Source: an uncultured bacterium
Lineage (GTDB): Bacteria; Hydrothermota; UBA3073; NMUJ01; CBEVQO01
Direction of reading: 5' to 3'
NCBI GenBank assembly: GCA_965552055.1
Contig: CBEVQO010000001.1
Location: 96,001 to 160,000, forward strand
Length of the DNA stretch: 64,000 nucleotides
Shown: positions 1 to 9,635 of the stretch, piece by piece
Layout: each line of letters starts with the position of its first letter
How positions within the stretch are numbered: position 1 is the first letter of the stretch
Translations under genes and position numbers: made by a program
The notes under the pieces: model-generated
Databases searched by the model: none
Told to the model about the DNA's origin: nothing
Seen by the model: only the letters and a program-made list of their open reading frames with translations

Positions 1-1
1 G

Positions 2-1183
2 AGACAGGTATTCTCACAGCCTCCTGTATCGCATGAGGCACGCTACATAGAGAGCGTATCACCAACCGAAGTAATGATAGAAGCAGCTGGTATCGGCAAA
101 AATACCAAACTCGCAGAAATAGATGCAAGAAAATGTGCAATTTATTTCCTGCTATTCCTCAGCACAGACCCAATACTGAAAACGGATGAAGAGAAAAGCA
201 GATTTAGACCTTACGAAAATACTTTCTTTGACCCAGAAAACATAAGCAAATATATAACATGGGAATCAACCGCACCTATAAAAAGAATAAGACTGGCAAA
301 AAAGAAAATAAAAATAGTTAAAAGATTTAAAGTAAATAAAGAAATGTTATATCAGGACCTTGTTTCAAAAGGCATTGTAAAAGCCCGTGAAGAACTGATG
401 GAAGAAGTGGGTTTACCTTCGATCATGGTGCTACCCGAAACTCCAAAAGGTGAAAATCCCCTTGCTGCTCTCGGTAAAAGATTAAATAGGCATGCAGCCA
501 CTGTTATTGAATCTTATCTCACTGCAAAAGGTTACGATGTAAATGTGCCTGAAGCAGAAGAGCAATTAACCCAAATAAAGCAGGCTGTAAAAGGAATAAG
601 GGGGCTCGAAGAAGACGATGCCTATGCCCTTGCTCTGTCTATCGGTAGCGATATTTACATAAAATATCAGATTGCGATACAATCTCGTTATCTCGCAGGT
701 AGAAAAATGACAAAAGCTAGTGCAACCTTAAAAGCGTATGAAACTACAACAGGAAAATTGCTTGGTGCAGAAACAGGATACAGCAAAGAAAGACCTTCGC
801 CACCTGAAGTTTGTGCAGAAGAAGCCCTACATGATGCATGTGATAAAGTATTGCAGAGAATAATGAATTACTGGAAAGTACAGGCAGCAAAAGGCAAACC
901 TTTCAAAGTTGTTGTATCAATAGAAGGTATAACAGATGAAGATGAACTCGAAGATGTGCAATTTGCAGTAGAAGATGCATTGAAAGAAGCATGTGAAAAA
1001 ACAAAGTTAATAACATCAACTGAAAAAACGATGGAATTTACAGTATGGTCAAAATTATCCGGGACAACGGAGCTCTACAGGGCTATAAAGCGTGCTTTCA
1101 AACGGCTTTACAGGGGCGAAGCAAGGATGAGAAGGGGCTTTCACACCCGCAAATTATTAATGCTTGAAATCGTAGCAGAGTAA
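2..1183 (+). CDS. DUF6175-like envelope protein, 5'-truncated by the window edge
   Basis: The frame is open from base 2 (RQVFSQPPVSHEARYIESVSPTEV-MIEAAGIG...), so the true start is upstream of the window. PSIMVLP, DIYI and AYETTTGKLLG segments resemble the CsgG/TolB_N-like DUF6175 family (from recall). Confidence 0.55.
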   Translation, partial: RQVFSQPPVSHEARYIESVSPTEVMIEAAGIGKNTKLAEIDARKCAIYFLLFLSTDPILKTDEEKSRFRPYENTFFDPENISKYITWESTAPIKRIRLAKKKIKIVKRFKVNKEMLYQDLVSKGIVKAREELMEEVGLPSIMVLPETPKGENPLAALGKRLNRHAATVIESYLTAKGYDVNVPEAEEQLTQIKQAVKGIRGLEEDDAYALALSIGSDIYIKYQIAIQSRYLAGRKMTKASATLKAYETTTGKLLGAETGYSKERPSPPEVCAEEALHDACDKVLQRIMNYWKVQAAKGKPFKVVVSIEGITDEDELEDVQFAVEDALKEACEKTKLITSTEKTMEFTVWSKLSGTTELYRAIKRAFKRLYRGEARMRRGFHTRKLLMLEIVAE

Positions 1184-1196
1184 TTTACATTTTTGG

Positions 1197-1223
1197 TTGA
1201 CAAATTGAAATTTTGAGTAATAA
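1197..1223 (+). promoter_or_regulatory. sigma70-like promoter of the ileS operon
   Basis: TTGACA 1197-1202, 15 bp, TAATAA 1218-1223. The -10 is imperfect; TAAATA 1221-1226 is an alternative. No SD before ATG 1232. Confidence 0.55.
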
Positions 1224-1231
1224 ATAACCTG

Positions 1232-3937
1232 ATGAATTATAAAGATACAATAAATCTGCCGAAAACTTCTTTTTCGATGAAAGCAAATTTAAAAGAAAAG
1301 GAACCAAAGTTTTTAAAATACTGGGAAGATATTAAACTTTATGAGAAGTTGCAAAAGAGAGAAGGTGAAACTTTTATTCTTCACGATGGTCCCCCTTATG
1401 CAAATGGCAATGTGCATCTCGGCACTGCTTTAAATAAAATTTTGAAAGATTTTGTTCTGAAATATAAATCAATGAGGGGGTACAGATGTCCCTTTATCCC
1501 TGGATGGGATTGCCATGGTATGCCTATTGAACATGAAGTTACCAAATCTTTTGGTGAAAAGTGGAAAGATATTTCAAAACTCGAAAGACGAAAGAAATGC
1601 AAAGATTATGCTGATAAATTTATAAATGTGCAGAGAGAAGAATTTAAGCGCCTGGGAGTAATAGGTGACTGGCAAAATCCTTACATTACGATGTCTCCAA
1701 GATATGAAGCAAAAGTTCTCGATGTATTTAAAAAGCTCGTAGAGAAAGGTTATATTTACAGGGCGAATAAACCCATTTACTGGTGTCCTGTTTGTGAAAC
1801 AGCGCTCGCAGAAGCAGAAGTAGAATACAGGGAGCGTGAAGACCCATCGATTTATGTACGCTTCCCGATGGAAAAGGGAGTATCACTTTTGATATGGACT
1901 ACAACTCCATGGACTCTGCCTGCGAATGTAGCTGTGGCTGTAAAACCAGATATCGATTATGAGTTCGTTGAATACAATGGACATATACTCGTAATAGCTG
2001 CTCCTTTAAGAGAAAAGGTTCTCGGTGATGTTCCCGTTATAAAGAAAGTAAAGGGCAAATCTTTTAGTGGAAAACATACCGGGCATCCGATTTTCGAAGA
2101 CAGGATATCAAAAATTGTTACCGCTGATTTTGTAACAATGGAAATGGGAACAGGATGCGTGCATATAGCTCCAGGACACGGTGAGGAAGATTACAAACTC
2201 GGAAGAGAATATAACCTTGAAGTTTTATCCCCTGTGAATGAAAAAGGCATTTTCACCGCTGATGCAGGACCCTTTGCAGGTAAATATGTATTTGATGCAA
2301 ATAAGGACATAATTAAATTTCTAAAAAATAAAGGATTGCTTGTAAAAGAAGAAAAAATAACCCACTCATATCCTCATTGCTGGAGATGTAAAAATCCTTT
2401 GATTTTCAGGGCTTCACCCCAATGGTTTCTGGATATTGAGCATCTTGATTTGCGTAAAAGATGTCTTGATATACTTTCCGAGATAAAGTGGATACCCAAA
2501 TGGGGATTTGACCGCATGCGTAATTCTCTCTTACAGCGTCCTGACTGGTGCTTGTCCCGTCAGAGAGCCTGGGGTGTGCCTTTGCCAATTCTTTACTGTA
2601 AAAATTGTGGCGAGCCACTACTCGATGTTGAGGTAATTGATAGAACAATAAGAATAGTTGAAACAATGGGAACAGATGCATGGTTCCATTTGCCACCCGA
2701 AGAAATAGCTCAGGATAAAGTTTGTAAAAAATGCGGTGCAAAAGAATTTGTAAAGGAAGAAGATGTTTTTGATGTATGGTTTGATTCATCTTCAAGTTTC
2801 AATGCAGTATGTAAGGAAGATTTAAAATATCCTGCTGATATTTATCTTGAAGCAGTTGACCAGCACAGGGGCTGGTTTCAATTATCTTTGATTTTATCAG
2901 TAGCAACAGATGGTAAAACACCTTTCAAAACATGTATAACACATGGCCTGGTGCTTGATAAAGAATACAGGAAAATGTCAAAAAGTTTGGGAAATGTCGT
3001 ATCACCCATGGAAGTCGTTGAAAAATATGGTGCAGATATTTTACGCCTATATTTTGCATCCGTTGATTACACAAAAGATTTGCCTTTTGATATGGAAGTT
3101 GTAGATAAAGTAGCAATAGCTTACAGAAAAATAAGAAATACTTTCAAATATTTGCTGGGTAATCTACACGATTTTGACCCACAAAAAGATAAAGTAGAAT
3201 ACGATAATTTGATGGAAATCGATAAATACATGCTTCACAAATTACAAAAAGTTATAAAAGAAGTTCTTACTGCTTATGATAAATTTGACTTTGCAAAAGT
3301 TTATTCCCGTCTGCTTGATTTTGTAAATTATCTATCGTGGTTTTATTTTGATATTTTGAAAGACCGTCTTTATACTTATGGTAAGGATTGGATAGAAAGG
3401 AGAAGTGCCCAGACAGTGCTTTATGATATTCTTTTAGCGCTTGTGAAACTTTATGCACCTCTGATGCCCTTCACCACAGAAGAAGTATGGCAACATCTAA
3501 AAATATCGGAAAGTGTGCATCTTGAATTATTACCGGAACCCGAAGATAAATTTATAAATGAAGAACTCGAAAAGGAATGGGAGATAATTGAAAATGTAAG
3601 GGATGATGTATTAAAGGCACTTGAAATAAAGAGGAAAGAAAAATTCATCGGCAACTCTTTGGAAGCAAGGATAAAAATTGAAGCCAAAAATGAGGAAGTT
3701 AAATCCATACTTGAAAACAAAAAAGAATTTTTGCCCGAAGTTTTCATCGTATCACAAGTTGAAATTGGCGAAGTTTCAAATGTGGTTTATGATGGAGAAA
3801 ATGTAAAAGTAGGAGTAGAACATGCACTTGGTAAAAAATGCGAAAGATGCTGGATTTATTCCGAAACAGTTGGAAAAGATAAAGAATATCCAACAATTTG
3901 TTCAAAATGTGTGAAGGTAATAAAGGGGGTGAGATGA
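1232..3937 (+). CDS. ileS: Isoleucine--tRNA ligase (type 1)
   Basis: HDGPPYANGNVHLGT (HIGH-like), GWDCHG, WTTTPWTLP, DWCLSRQR, KMSKS, C-terminal CERC...CSKC zinc finger. Confidence 0.98.
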   Translation: MNYKDTINLPKTSFSMKANLKEKEPKFLKYWEDIKLYEKLQKREGETFILHDGPPYANGNVHLGTALNKILKDFVLKYKSMRGYRCPFIPGWDCHGMPIEHEVTKSFGEKWKDISKLERRKKCKDYADKFINVQREEFKRLGVIGDWQNPYITMSPRYEAKVLDVFKKLVEKGYIYRANKPIYWCPVCETALAEAEVEYREREDPSIYVRFPMEKGVSLLIWTTTPWTLPANVAVAVKPDIDYEFVEYNGHILVIAAPLREKVLGDVPVIKKVKGKSFSGKHTGHPIFEDRISKIVTADFVTMEMGTGCVHIAPGHGEEDYKLGREYNLEVLSPVNEKGIFTADAGPFAGKYVFDANKDIIKFLKNKGLLVKEEKITHSYPHCWRCKNPLIFRASPQWFLDIEHLDLRKRCLDILSEIKWIPKWGFDRMRNSLLQRPDWCLSRQRAWGVPLPILYCKNCGEPLLDVEVIDRTIRIVETMGTDAWFHLPPEEIAQDKVCKKCGAKEFVKEEDVFDVWFDSSSSFNAVCKEDLKYPADIYLEAVDQHRGWFQLSLILSVATDGKTPFKTCITHGLVLDKEYRKMSKSLGNVVSPMEVVEKYGADILRLYFASVDYTKDLPFDMEVVDKVAIAYRKIRNTFKYLLGNLHDFDPQKDKVEYDNLMEIDKYMLHKLQKVIKEVLTAYDKFDFAKVYSRLLDFVNYLSWFYFDILKDRLYTYGKDWIERRSAQTVLYDILLALVKLYAPLMPFTTEEVWQHLKISESVHLELLPEPEDKFINEELEKEWEIIENVRDDVLKALEIKRKEKFIGNSLEARIKIEAKNEEVKSILENKKEFLPEVFIVSQVEIGEVSNVVYDGENVKVGVEHALGKKCERCWIYSETVGKDKEYPTICSKCVKVIKGVR

Positions 3938-4353
3938 CGCAAAAGGAACTTGAATTTTTCAGGAACCTCCTGCTAAAAATGAAGCGTGAGATCAAGGAAG
4001 CGCTCGAAGAAAAGAGAAAACGCATACAAAATCCATATCAGGAGACATCTTCCGAACTATCATTACTGCCATCGCATGAAGCAGATAGGGGAACAGATGA
4101 AGAAATACTCGAAGAAACAGCACTCCATCTAACAGCAGATGCAAATGCACTTTTCGAAATAGAAGAAGCACTCAATAAAATTGAAAAAGGAGAATACGGA
4201 ATTTGTGAAAGATGCGGTAAACCTATAGAGATAGAGCGCCTCAAAATAATACCATATGCCAAATATTGCTTAAAATGTCAGAGGGATATAGAAGCATTAC
4301 AATCAAAGGAGGAAGAATACGAAAACAGACGCTTCAAGGAATTCAGAATATAA
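3934..4353 (+). CDS. TraR/DksA C4-type zinc finger protein
   Basis: HEADRGTD coiled-coil tip; YGICERCG...ERL...P...YCLKCQ. ATG 3934 overlaps the ileS stop (ATGA) after SD GGGGGTG. Confidence 0.9.
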   Translation: MTQKELEFFRNLLLKMKREIKEALEEKRKRIQNPYQETSSELSLLPSHEADRGTDEEILEETALHLTADANALFEIEEALNKIEKGEYGICERCGKPIEIERLKIIPYAKYCLKCQRDIEALQSKEEEYENRRFKEFRI

Positions 4354-4766
4354 TGATTTTCTTATCATGCGATTTAATCTCAAAGTTTGTGGTATGGAAA
4401 TTTTTACCTCTTTACAAATCTGTGAAAATCTTGGGTAACTTAATAAGGATAACTCACATTGAAAATCCGGGAATGGTATTTGGCTTGCCAATTCCTCAAA
4501 AAAGCATCTTTTTGGTTTTATCCTTTGCCGTTGTTCTCTTTTTGATATTTTTAAGCGTAAAAAAGGGAGGAATTGTAATCCCGATGATTACAGCAGGTGC
4601 TATTGGTAATTTTGTGGATAGATTATGGAAAGGCACGGTTACAGATTTCATTGATATAGGTGTAAAAAGCTGGCGTTATCCAACTTTTAATCTCGCGGAC
4701 TCTTTTATAACTGTCGGTTTAATAATTTTAATATTAAAATCTTTGAAAGGAGGAGGTCATGGTTAG
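4353..4766 (+). CDS. lspA: Lipoprotein signal peptidase II
   Basis: NPGMVFG, GAIGNFVDR, VTDFI, FNLADSFI motifs. Start placed at the TAATG overlap with the upstream stop. Confidence 0.92.
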   Translation: MIFLSCDLISKFVVWKFLPLYKSVKILGNLIRITHIENPGMVFGLPIPQKSIFLVLSFAVVLFLIFLSVKKGGIVIPMITAGAIGNFVDRLWKGTVTDFIDIGVKSWRYPTFNLADSFITVGLIILILKSLKGGGHG

Positions 4767-4989
4767 GGCGTATGTGCTTATAAAAACAAAAACAGGAGCA
4801 CAGAGGGGCGTTAAAAATGCATTACAGGCACTGATGCATGTAAAAGAAGTATCAATGATAACAGGACAATATGATATAATTGCAGTAGTGGAAACAAAAG
4901 ATACAAAAACATTGGGTGAAGTCGTATCTATGCAAATACCAAATATCGATGGAGTAGAAGAAACATGCACATGTATCGCTGTTGATTGA
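4759..4989 (+). CDS. Stand-alone Lrp/AsnC ligand-binding (RAM) domain protein
   Basis: AYVLI...ITGQYDIIAVVE...IDGVEETCT; 76 aa, no HTH; SD GGAGG. Confidence 0.88.
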   Translation: MVRAYVLIKTKTGAQRGVKNALQALMHVKEVSMITGQYDIIAVVETKDTKTLGEVVSMQIPNIDGVEETCTCIAVD

Positions 4990-6425
4990 TGTTTAACACA
5001 GAGCAAGAAAAAATAAGAATCGAAAAACTAAAAAAATTACGAGAAAAAGGAATTAATCCTTATCCTTACTCTTTTTCAATCACCCACAAATTCAAAGAAT
5101 TAAAAGAAAATTTTGAAGAGTTAGAGGGAAAAGAAGTTCAAAGTGCAGGCAGGATAATGTCGATCCGTCGCCACGGCAAATCTACTTTTATGACACTAAA
5201 AGATTCTACAGAAAATCTACAAATTTATTTCCGCAAAGATATAGTTGGTGACGAAAACTATGAAATAATGAAACTACTCGATATAGGTGATATAATAGGG
5301 GTCAAAGGCGAACTTTTTAAAACCCATACAGGTGAAATAACAATCCTTATAAAAGAATTTCAACTGTTAGCAAAATCCCTGCATCCCTTACCTGAGAAAT
5401 GGCATGGATTGAAAGATGTTGAAACACGATACAGAAGAAGATACCTTGATATTTTAATGAATGATGATGTTAAAAAAATTATCGAAACAAGGTCAAGGAT
5501 AATAAAAGAATTGCGAAATTTTCTTGATAGTAAGGGCTTCATTGAGATAGAAACACCCATTTTACAGCCACTTTATGGTGGAGCATTTGCAAATCCTTTC
5601 AAAACCTATTATGAAGCACTCGATAGGGAATATTATCTGCGTATTTCAGATGAATTATACTTAAAACGATTGATAGTTGCAGGATTTGACAAAGTTTATG
5701 AAATAGGAAAAGATTTTAGAAATGAAGGAATAGACAGGATGCATAATCCGGAATTCACACAGTTAGAAGTTTACGAAGCTTACACAGATTATAATGGGAT
5801 GATGAAACTCGCAGAAGAAATATTTTCTTATCTCTCCGATATTTTCGGTTCAAAATTAAAATTTGAAGACAAGGAAACAGATTTGAGAAAAGGCTTCAAG
5901 AAAATAAAATATCTTGACGCGATAAAAGAATATGCAGGGATAAATCCCGAAGATAAAGGTGAAGTTTTGAAGTTAGCAAAAGAGTTGGAGATAAGGACAG
6001 AAGATGTTCCTTTTGGTAAAATCCTTGATAAAATTTTTGATTTAAAGGTTGTGCCAAATTTGATAGACCCCACATTTGTAATCGATTATCCAAAAGATAT
6101 TTCTCCGCTTGCTAAAACTCATAGAGAAAATCCCAATTTAACAGAAAGATTTGAAATTTTTATTTTGGGGATAGAACTTGGCAATGCATTTTCGGAGTTA
6201 AATGACCCCCTTGACCAGTATGAGCGCTTTAAAAATCAGGCAGAATACAGGAAAATGGGTGACAAAGAAGCACATCCACTTGATGAGGATTTCATATTCG
6301 CACTCGAAATAGGAATGCCACCGCTCGGAGGATTGGGAATAGGAATAGATAGATTATGTATGCTATTCACAGGTGCAACATCAATAAGAGAAGTTATACC
6401 TTTCCCCCAGTTGAAAACAAAATGA
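4989..6425 (+). CDS. lysS: Lysine--tRNA ligase (class II)
   Basis: OB fold, YLRISDELYLKRL, FRNEGID, HNPEFT, ELNDP, GIGIDRL. Confidence 0.98.
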   Translation: MFNTEQEKIRIEKLKKLREKGINPYPYSFSITHKFKELKENFEELEGKEVQSAGRIMSIRRHGKSTFMTLKDSTENLQIYFRKDIVGDENYEIMKLLDIGDIIGVKGELFKTHTGEITILIKEFQLLAKSLHPLPEKWHGLKDVETRYRRRYLDILMNDDVKKIIETRSRIIKELRNFLDSKGFIEIETPILQPLYGGAFANPFKTYYEALDREYYLRISDELYLKRLIVAGFDKVYEIGKDFRNEGIDRMHNPEFTQLEVYEAYTDYNGMMKLAEEIFSYLSDIFGSKLKFEDKETDLRKGFKKIKYLDAIKEYAGINPEDKGEVLKLAKELEIRTEDVPFGKILDKIFDLKVVPNLIDPTFVIDYPKDISPLAKTHRENPNLTERFEIFILGIELGNAFSELNDPLDQYERFKNQAEYRKMGDKEAHPLDEDFIFALEIGMPPLGGLGIGIDRLCMLFTGATSIREVIPFPQLKTK

Positions 6426-6427
6426 TT

Positions 6428-7624
6428 TTATAACTCTTCTGCTATCATCCAGAAATAAAGGGGATAAAGTTCATTTAAAAATCTGTAATAACCTCTGCCC
6501 CTGGAAATATCCCTTTCAATAATGCCTTCTTTTTCTAAATATCGCAGAAAATTATTTAATCTATTCTTCTCCTTTTCATTTAAAAATCTGCTAATTTCAT
6601 TTTTTGCGAATTCTCTTTTTATCCGTTGTTCTCCCATTATCTTTAAAATTTTTTTATATTTATCATTTCTGACAAAATTATAAATTTTTGGGTCAATATA
6701 TTTTCGTCCTATATTATTTGCAGCTTCTATTACCCCTGCAGCTACATCCCCTGAATCAATCACCCCGTCTTCATCTGCGAAAAATACAGCTTCTCCTATT
6801 TCATGCATAAGTAATGGGAAACCTCCACTAAAAAAGACCAAATCCTTTAATGCTTCGTCCTCAATCTTGACATTAACTTTGGCGAAAGATTTTTTGAAAA
6901 ACTCTTTTATATCCTTTTCCCTTAAAATATCAATTTCTATGATTCTAAATATTCGCATCAACGAAGGTTGAATTTCCATCAATTTTGTGCGATGCTCGGG
7001 CAACGCTGTTATAATCATTAAAAGAGGCAAATGCGGGAATTCAATTGAAACTTTATCTGAAAAACTTTTAAGCCAGTTAGCAAAATCAAACCTTACAAAG
7101 CCGTTTATATCATCCAAAATTATAAGGATGCCTTTTTTAAACCTTGCAATTTTATTCCAGACATTATTCAAAGCAGTAGGGAAATTCATAAGTATTGTTT
7201 CAAGGATATTTTCAGGTGCTTTAAAATTAAATTTGACAAATCCGAGAATATTTACGCTTTCGACATATTTTTCAAATAAATCTTTTATCCTTTCATATAA
7301 GTTTTGAGATTGCACTGAATCAATTAAAGCGTTTAAAATATATTTAATAATATCGGTTAATTTGTTTGCCTGTCCTAAGAAGACATGCATTGTTAGGAAA
7401 TTTTCCCTTTCTGCGAGATAAGAAATTAAAGAAGCAAATGAACTTTTACCAATTCCTCTTTCTCCCACTATAAAGATGTTTTCATATCGCCCTGATTTTA
7501 CCCGATTTAAATAAGATTTGACTTCTTCGATTTCTTTTTCTCTTCCGACAAATAAATCAAGCGTCTCTCTGGTGAGCGGTTTACCCGGATAAAACGGACT
7601 CTCTTTATAAAGTTTTTTTATCAT
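6428..7624 (-). CDS. AAA/P-loop ATPase (AAA_16/archaeal ATPase-like) with C-terminal winged helix
   Basis: SPFYPG, FVGREKEI, Walker A GERGIGKSS, Walker B IILDD, SGGFP, C-terminal RGYYRF. Confidence 0.8.
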   Translation of the reverse strand: MIKKLYKESPFYPGKPLTRETLDLFVGREKEIEEVKSYLNRVKSGRYENIFIVGERGIGKSSFASLISYLAERENFLTMHVFLGQANKLTDIIKYILNALIDSVQSQNLYERIKDLFEKYVESVNILGFVKFNFKAPENILETILMNFPTALNNVWNKIARFKKGILIILDDINGFVRFDFANWLKSFSDKVSIEFPHLPLLMIITALPEHRTKLMEIQPSLMRIFRIIEIDILREKDIKEFFKKSFAKVNVKIEDEALKDLVFFSGGFPLLMHEIGEAVFFADEDGVIDSGDVAAGVIEAANNIGRKYIDPKIYNFVRNDKYKKILKIMGEQRIKREFAKNEISRFLNEKEKNRLNNFLRYLEKEGIIERDISRGRGYYRFLNELYPLYFWMIAEEL

Positions 7625-8298
7625 CTCGCCTTTTTGAATTTTTCTACATTTTTGTAGTGTCCAAAGAGAATCAGGGTGTCATTTTCATAGATTACATCTT
7701 CTGCATGTGGTGGCATTATTTTTTCGCCGTTTCTCTTTATCATCAAAACTATCAAATTGTATTCTTTTGTCAAAGGAATCTCCGATAACTTTTTGCCCGC
7801 ATAAACTTTTGGCACCTTTACACTATAAATACCATATTCCGGCTCTGTAAAAATTTCCTCTATCCCTGGCTCCACAATTGAGCGAGCTATCCTTTGACCC
7901 ATCTCCTTTTCTGGCAACACTATCCTTTGAACTCCTAACTTCTTCAAAACTTCCTTTTGCCTCTCATCCACTGCTTTGCAAATGATATTCTTAGCGCCTT
8001 TTTCCATCAAAGTAAGTGCAGTTAAAATGCTCGATTGTATATCCCTTCCTATCGCAATAACTATTGCATCAAAATCTTTAACCCTTATATCATCAAGTGC
8101 ACCTTCAGCTGTAACATCTGCTTTTATTACGGAAAGAGTAGCTTTTCCCTTTTCGTAGCGCTTCCACATTTGCATCACATCTTTAACCCTTTCTTCATCT
8201 TTATCTATCGCAAGTATCTGACAATTGTGCTTTAGCAATTCCTCAAGAATTGACATGCCGAATCTACCCAACCCAATAAGTAAAACCTGCCTCGCCAT
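7621..8298 (-). CDS. ktrA: Ktr/Trk K+ uptake NAD-binding subunit (KtrA/TrkA)
   Basis: IGLGRFG, RCK_N and RCK_C domains, PEKEMG. Confidence 0.9.
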   Translation of the reverse strand: MARQVLLIGLGRFGMSILEELLKHNCQILAIDKDEERVKDVMQMWKRYEKGKATLSVIKADVTAEGALDDIRVKDFDAIVIAIGRDIQSSILTALTLMEKGAKNIICKAVDERQKEVLKKLGVQRIVLPEKEMGQRIARSIVEPGIEEIFTEPEYGIYSVKVPKVYAGKKLSEIPLTKEYNLIVLMIKRNGEKIMPPHAEDVIYENDTLILFGHYKNVEKFKKAR

Positions 8299-9635
8299 TA
8301 TCCCGTTAAAATTTCTTCTTCAGGATATTCTATCCTTTTCGGTATCTCACGGGTTATAAATGCACTGCCAAAAGTGAGCGTACCTATTCTTCCTATCAGC
8401 ATCGTCATAATTATTACGATTTTCGAAGGAGTAGAAAATTGCTGTGCCAAACTGCAAGCAGGATTAAGGTCAGAACCCGTTGACAGCCCAACAGTGCCAA
8501 ATGCCGAAAATTCCTCAAACATAAGCCTTATAAATTTTACATCCTTTTCGAACATTGTCAAGAACAAAGTACCTATAGCAATTATTATGACACTTGAGAA
8601 AAAGATACTTATAGCCCTCTGAATGTCTGCTTCTCTAATTCTTCTTTTAAAAATTGTAAAAGATTCTCCTCCTTTTATGTATCGCCAGAATTCCAGTAGC
8701 AATATTCCAAAAGTCGTTGTTTTGATTCCACCGCCTGTGCCACCGGGAGATGCACCGACAAACATCAGCATTATGGTGAATAATAAAGTAAAATGCGTAA
8801 ATTCACCAACAGGAAGAACATTGAAACCAGCTGTGCGCGGAGTAACCGCATGAAAAAAAGAACAAAGTAATTTCTTCGAAAAAGGCAAATCTTTCAGTGT
8901 ATTATTCCATTCAGAAGCAAGAATAATCAATGTGCCCGCCACTATCAAAATAAGGGTAAGTAAAAATACAAATTTTGAATGAAGTAAAAATTCTCTTTTC
9001 TTTTTAGTAAGTTTAGACCATATATCATGAAGAACGATAAATCCCAGACCTCCGATTATAAACAGGATGGCAATTGTCAAAATCATAACATTGTCTTTTA
9101 TAAAATGTTGAAAACTATCCGGGAAAAATGAAAATCCAGCATTGCAAAATGCACTAACAGAATGAAATAAGCCATAAAAAAGAGAGCGGGATAAAGAATA
9201 ACCTGCTAATCTAAATCGCCAGGATAACAAAGCAAATCCTATTATTTCAAAAAAGAAAGTGAAAAGAATAACTCTCAAAACAAAATCTCTAAAATTAAGT
9301 CCGATATAATCCAAATCTTCTCGCAAAATGGCTGTTTGTGCAAGTGATAATCTTTTTCGTGCCAGAATCAGCAAAAAACTTGCTACGGTCATATAGCCGA
9401 GCCCACCTATCTGTATCAAAAGTAAAATTACTATTTTGCCAAATGGAGTGAAATCCGCACCAGTATTTTTCACAATCAAACCCGTAACACAAACGGCTGA
9501 TGTTGCGGTAAAAAGAGCATCAACAAAATTTATCGAGGTATGCGTGGAAAAAGGAAGTAAAAGTAAAAATGTCCCAAATAAAATCAGAGAAAGATAACCT
9601 ATTAAAATTAACCTTGGGGGATTTAATCTTCCCAC
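8298..9635 (-). CDS. ktrB: Ktr/Trk K+ uptake membrane subunit (KtrB/TrkH)
   Basis: TSAVCVTGL, SAFCNAGF, PRTAGF, PGGTGGGIKTTT, SAFGTVGLS. Confidence 0.93.
   Translation of the reverse strand: MGRLNPPRLILIGYLSLILFGTFLLLLPFSTHTSINFVDALFTATSAVCVTGLIVKNTGADFTPFGKIVILLLIQIGGLGYMTVASFLLILARKRLSLAQTAILREDLDYIGLNFRDFVLRVILFTFFFEIIGFALLSWRFRLAGYSLSRSLFYGLFHSVSAFCNAGFSFFPDSFQHFIKDNVMILTIAILFIIGGLGFIVLHDIWSKLTKKKREFLLHSKFVFLLTLILIVAGTLIILASEWNNTLKDLPFSKKLLCSFFHAVTPRTAGFNVLPVGEFTHFTLLFTIMLMFVGASPGGTGGGIKTTTFGILLLEFWRYIKGGESFTIFKRRIREADIQRAISIFFSSVIIIAIGTLFLTMFEKDVKFIRLMFEEFSAFGTVGLSTGSDLNPACSLAQQFSTPSKIVIIMTMLIGRIGTLTFGSAFITREIPKRIEYPEEEILTG

Noticed and set aside
1184..1231. T-box riboswitch upstream of ileS
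   Set aside because: Only 48 bp of intergenic DNA, occupied by a promoter; no T-box sequence.
1380..1430. IleRS HLGT instead of HIGH as a sign of inactivation or mupirocin resistance
   Set aside because: It is a plausible natural variant of the motif; all other type-1 IleRS motifs are intact, and resistance cannot be inferred from this alone.
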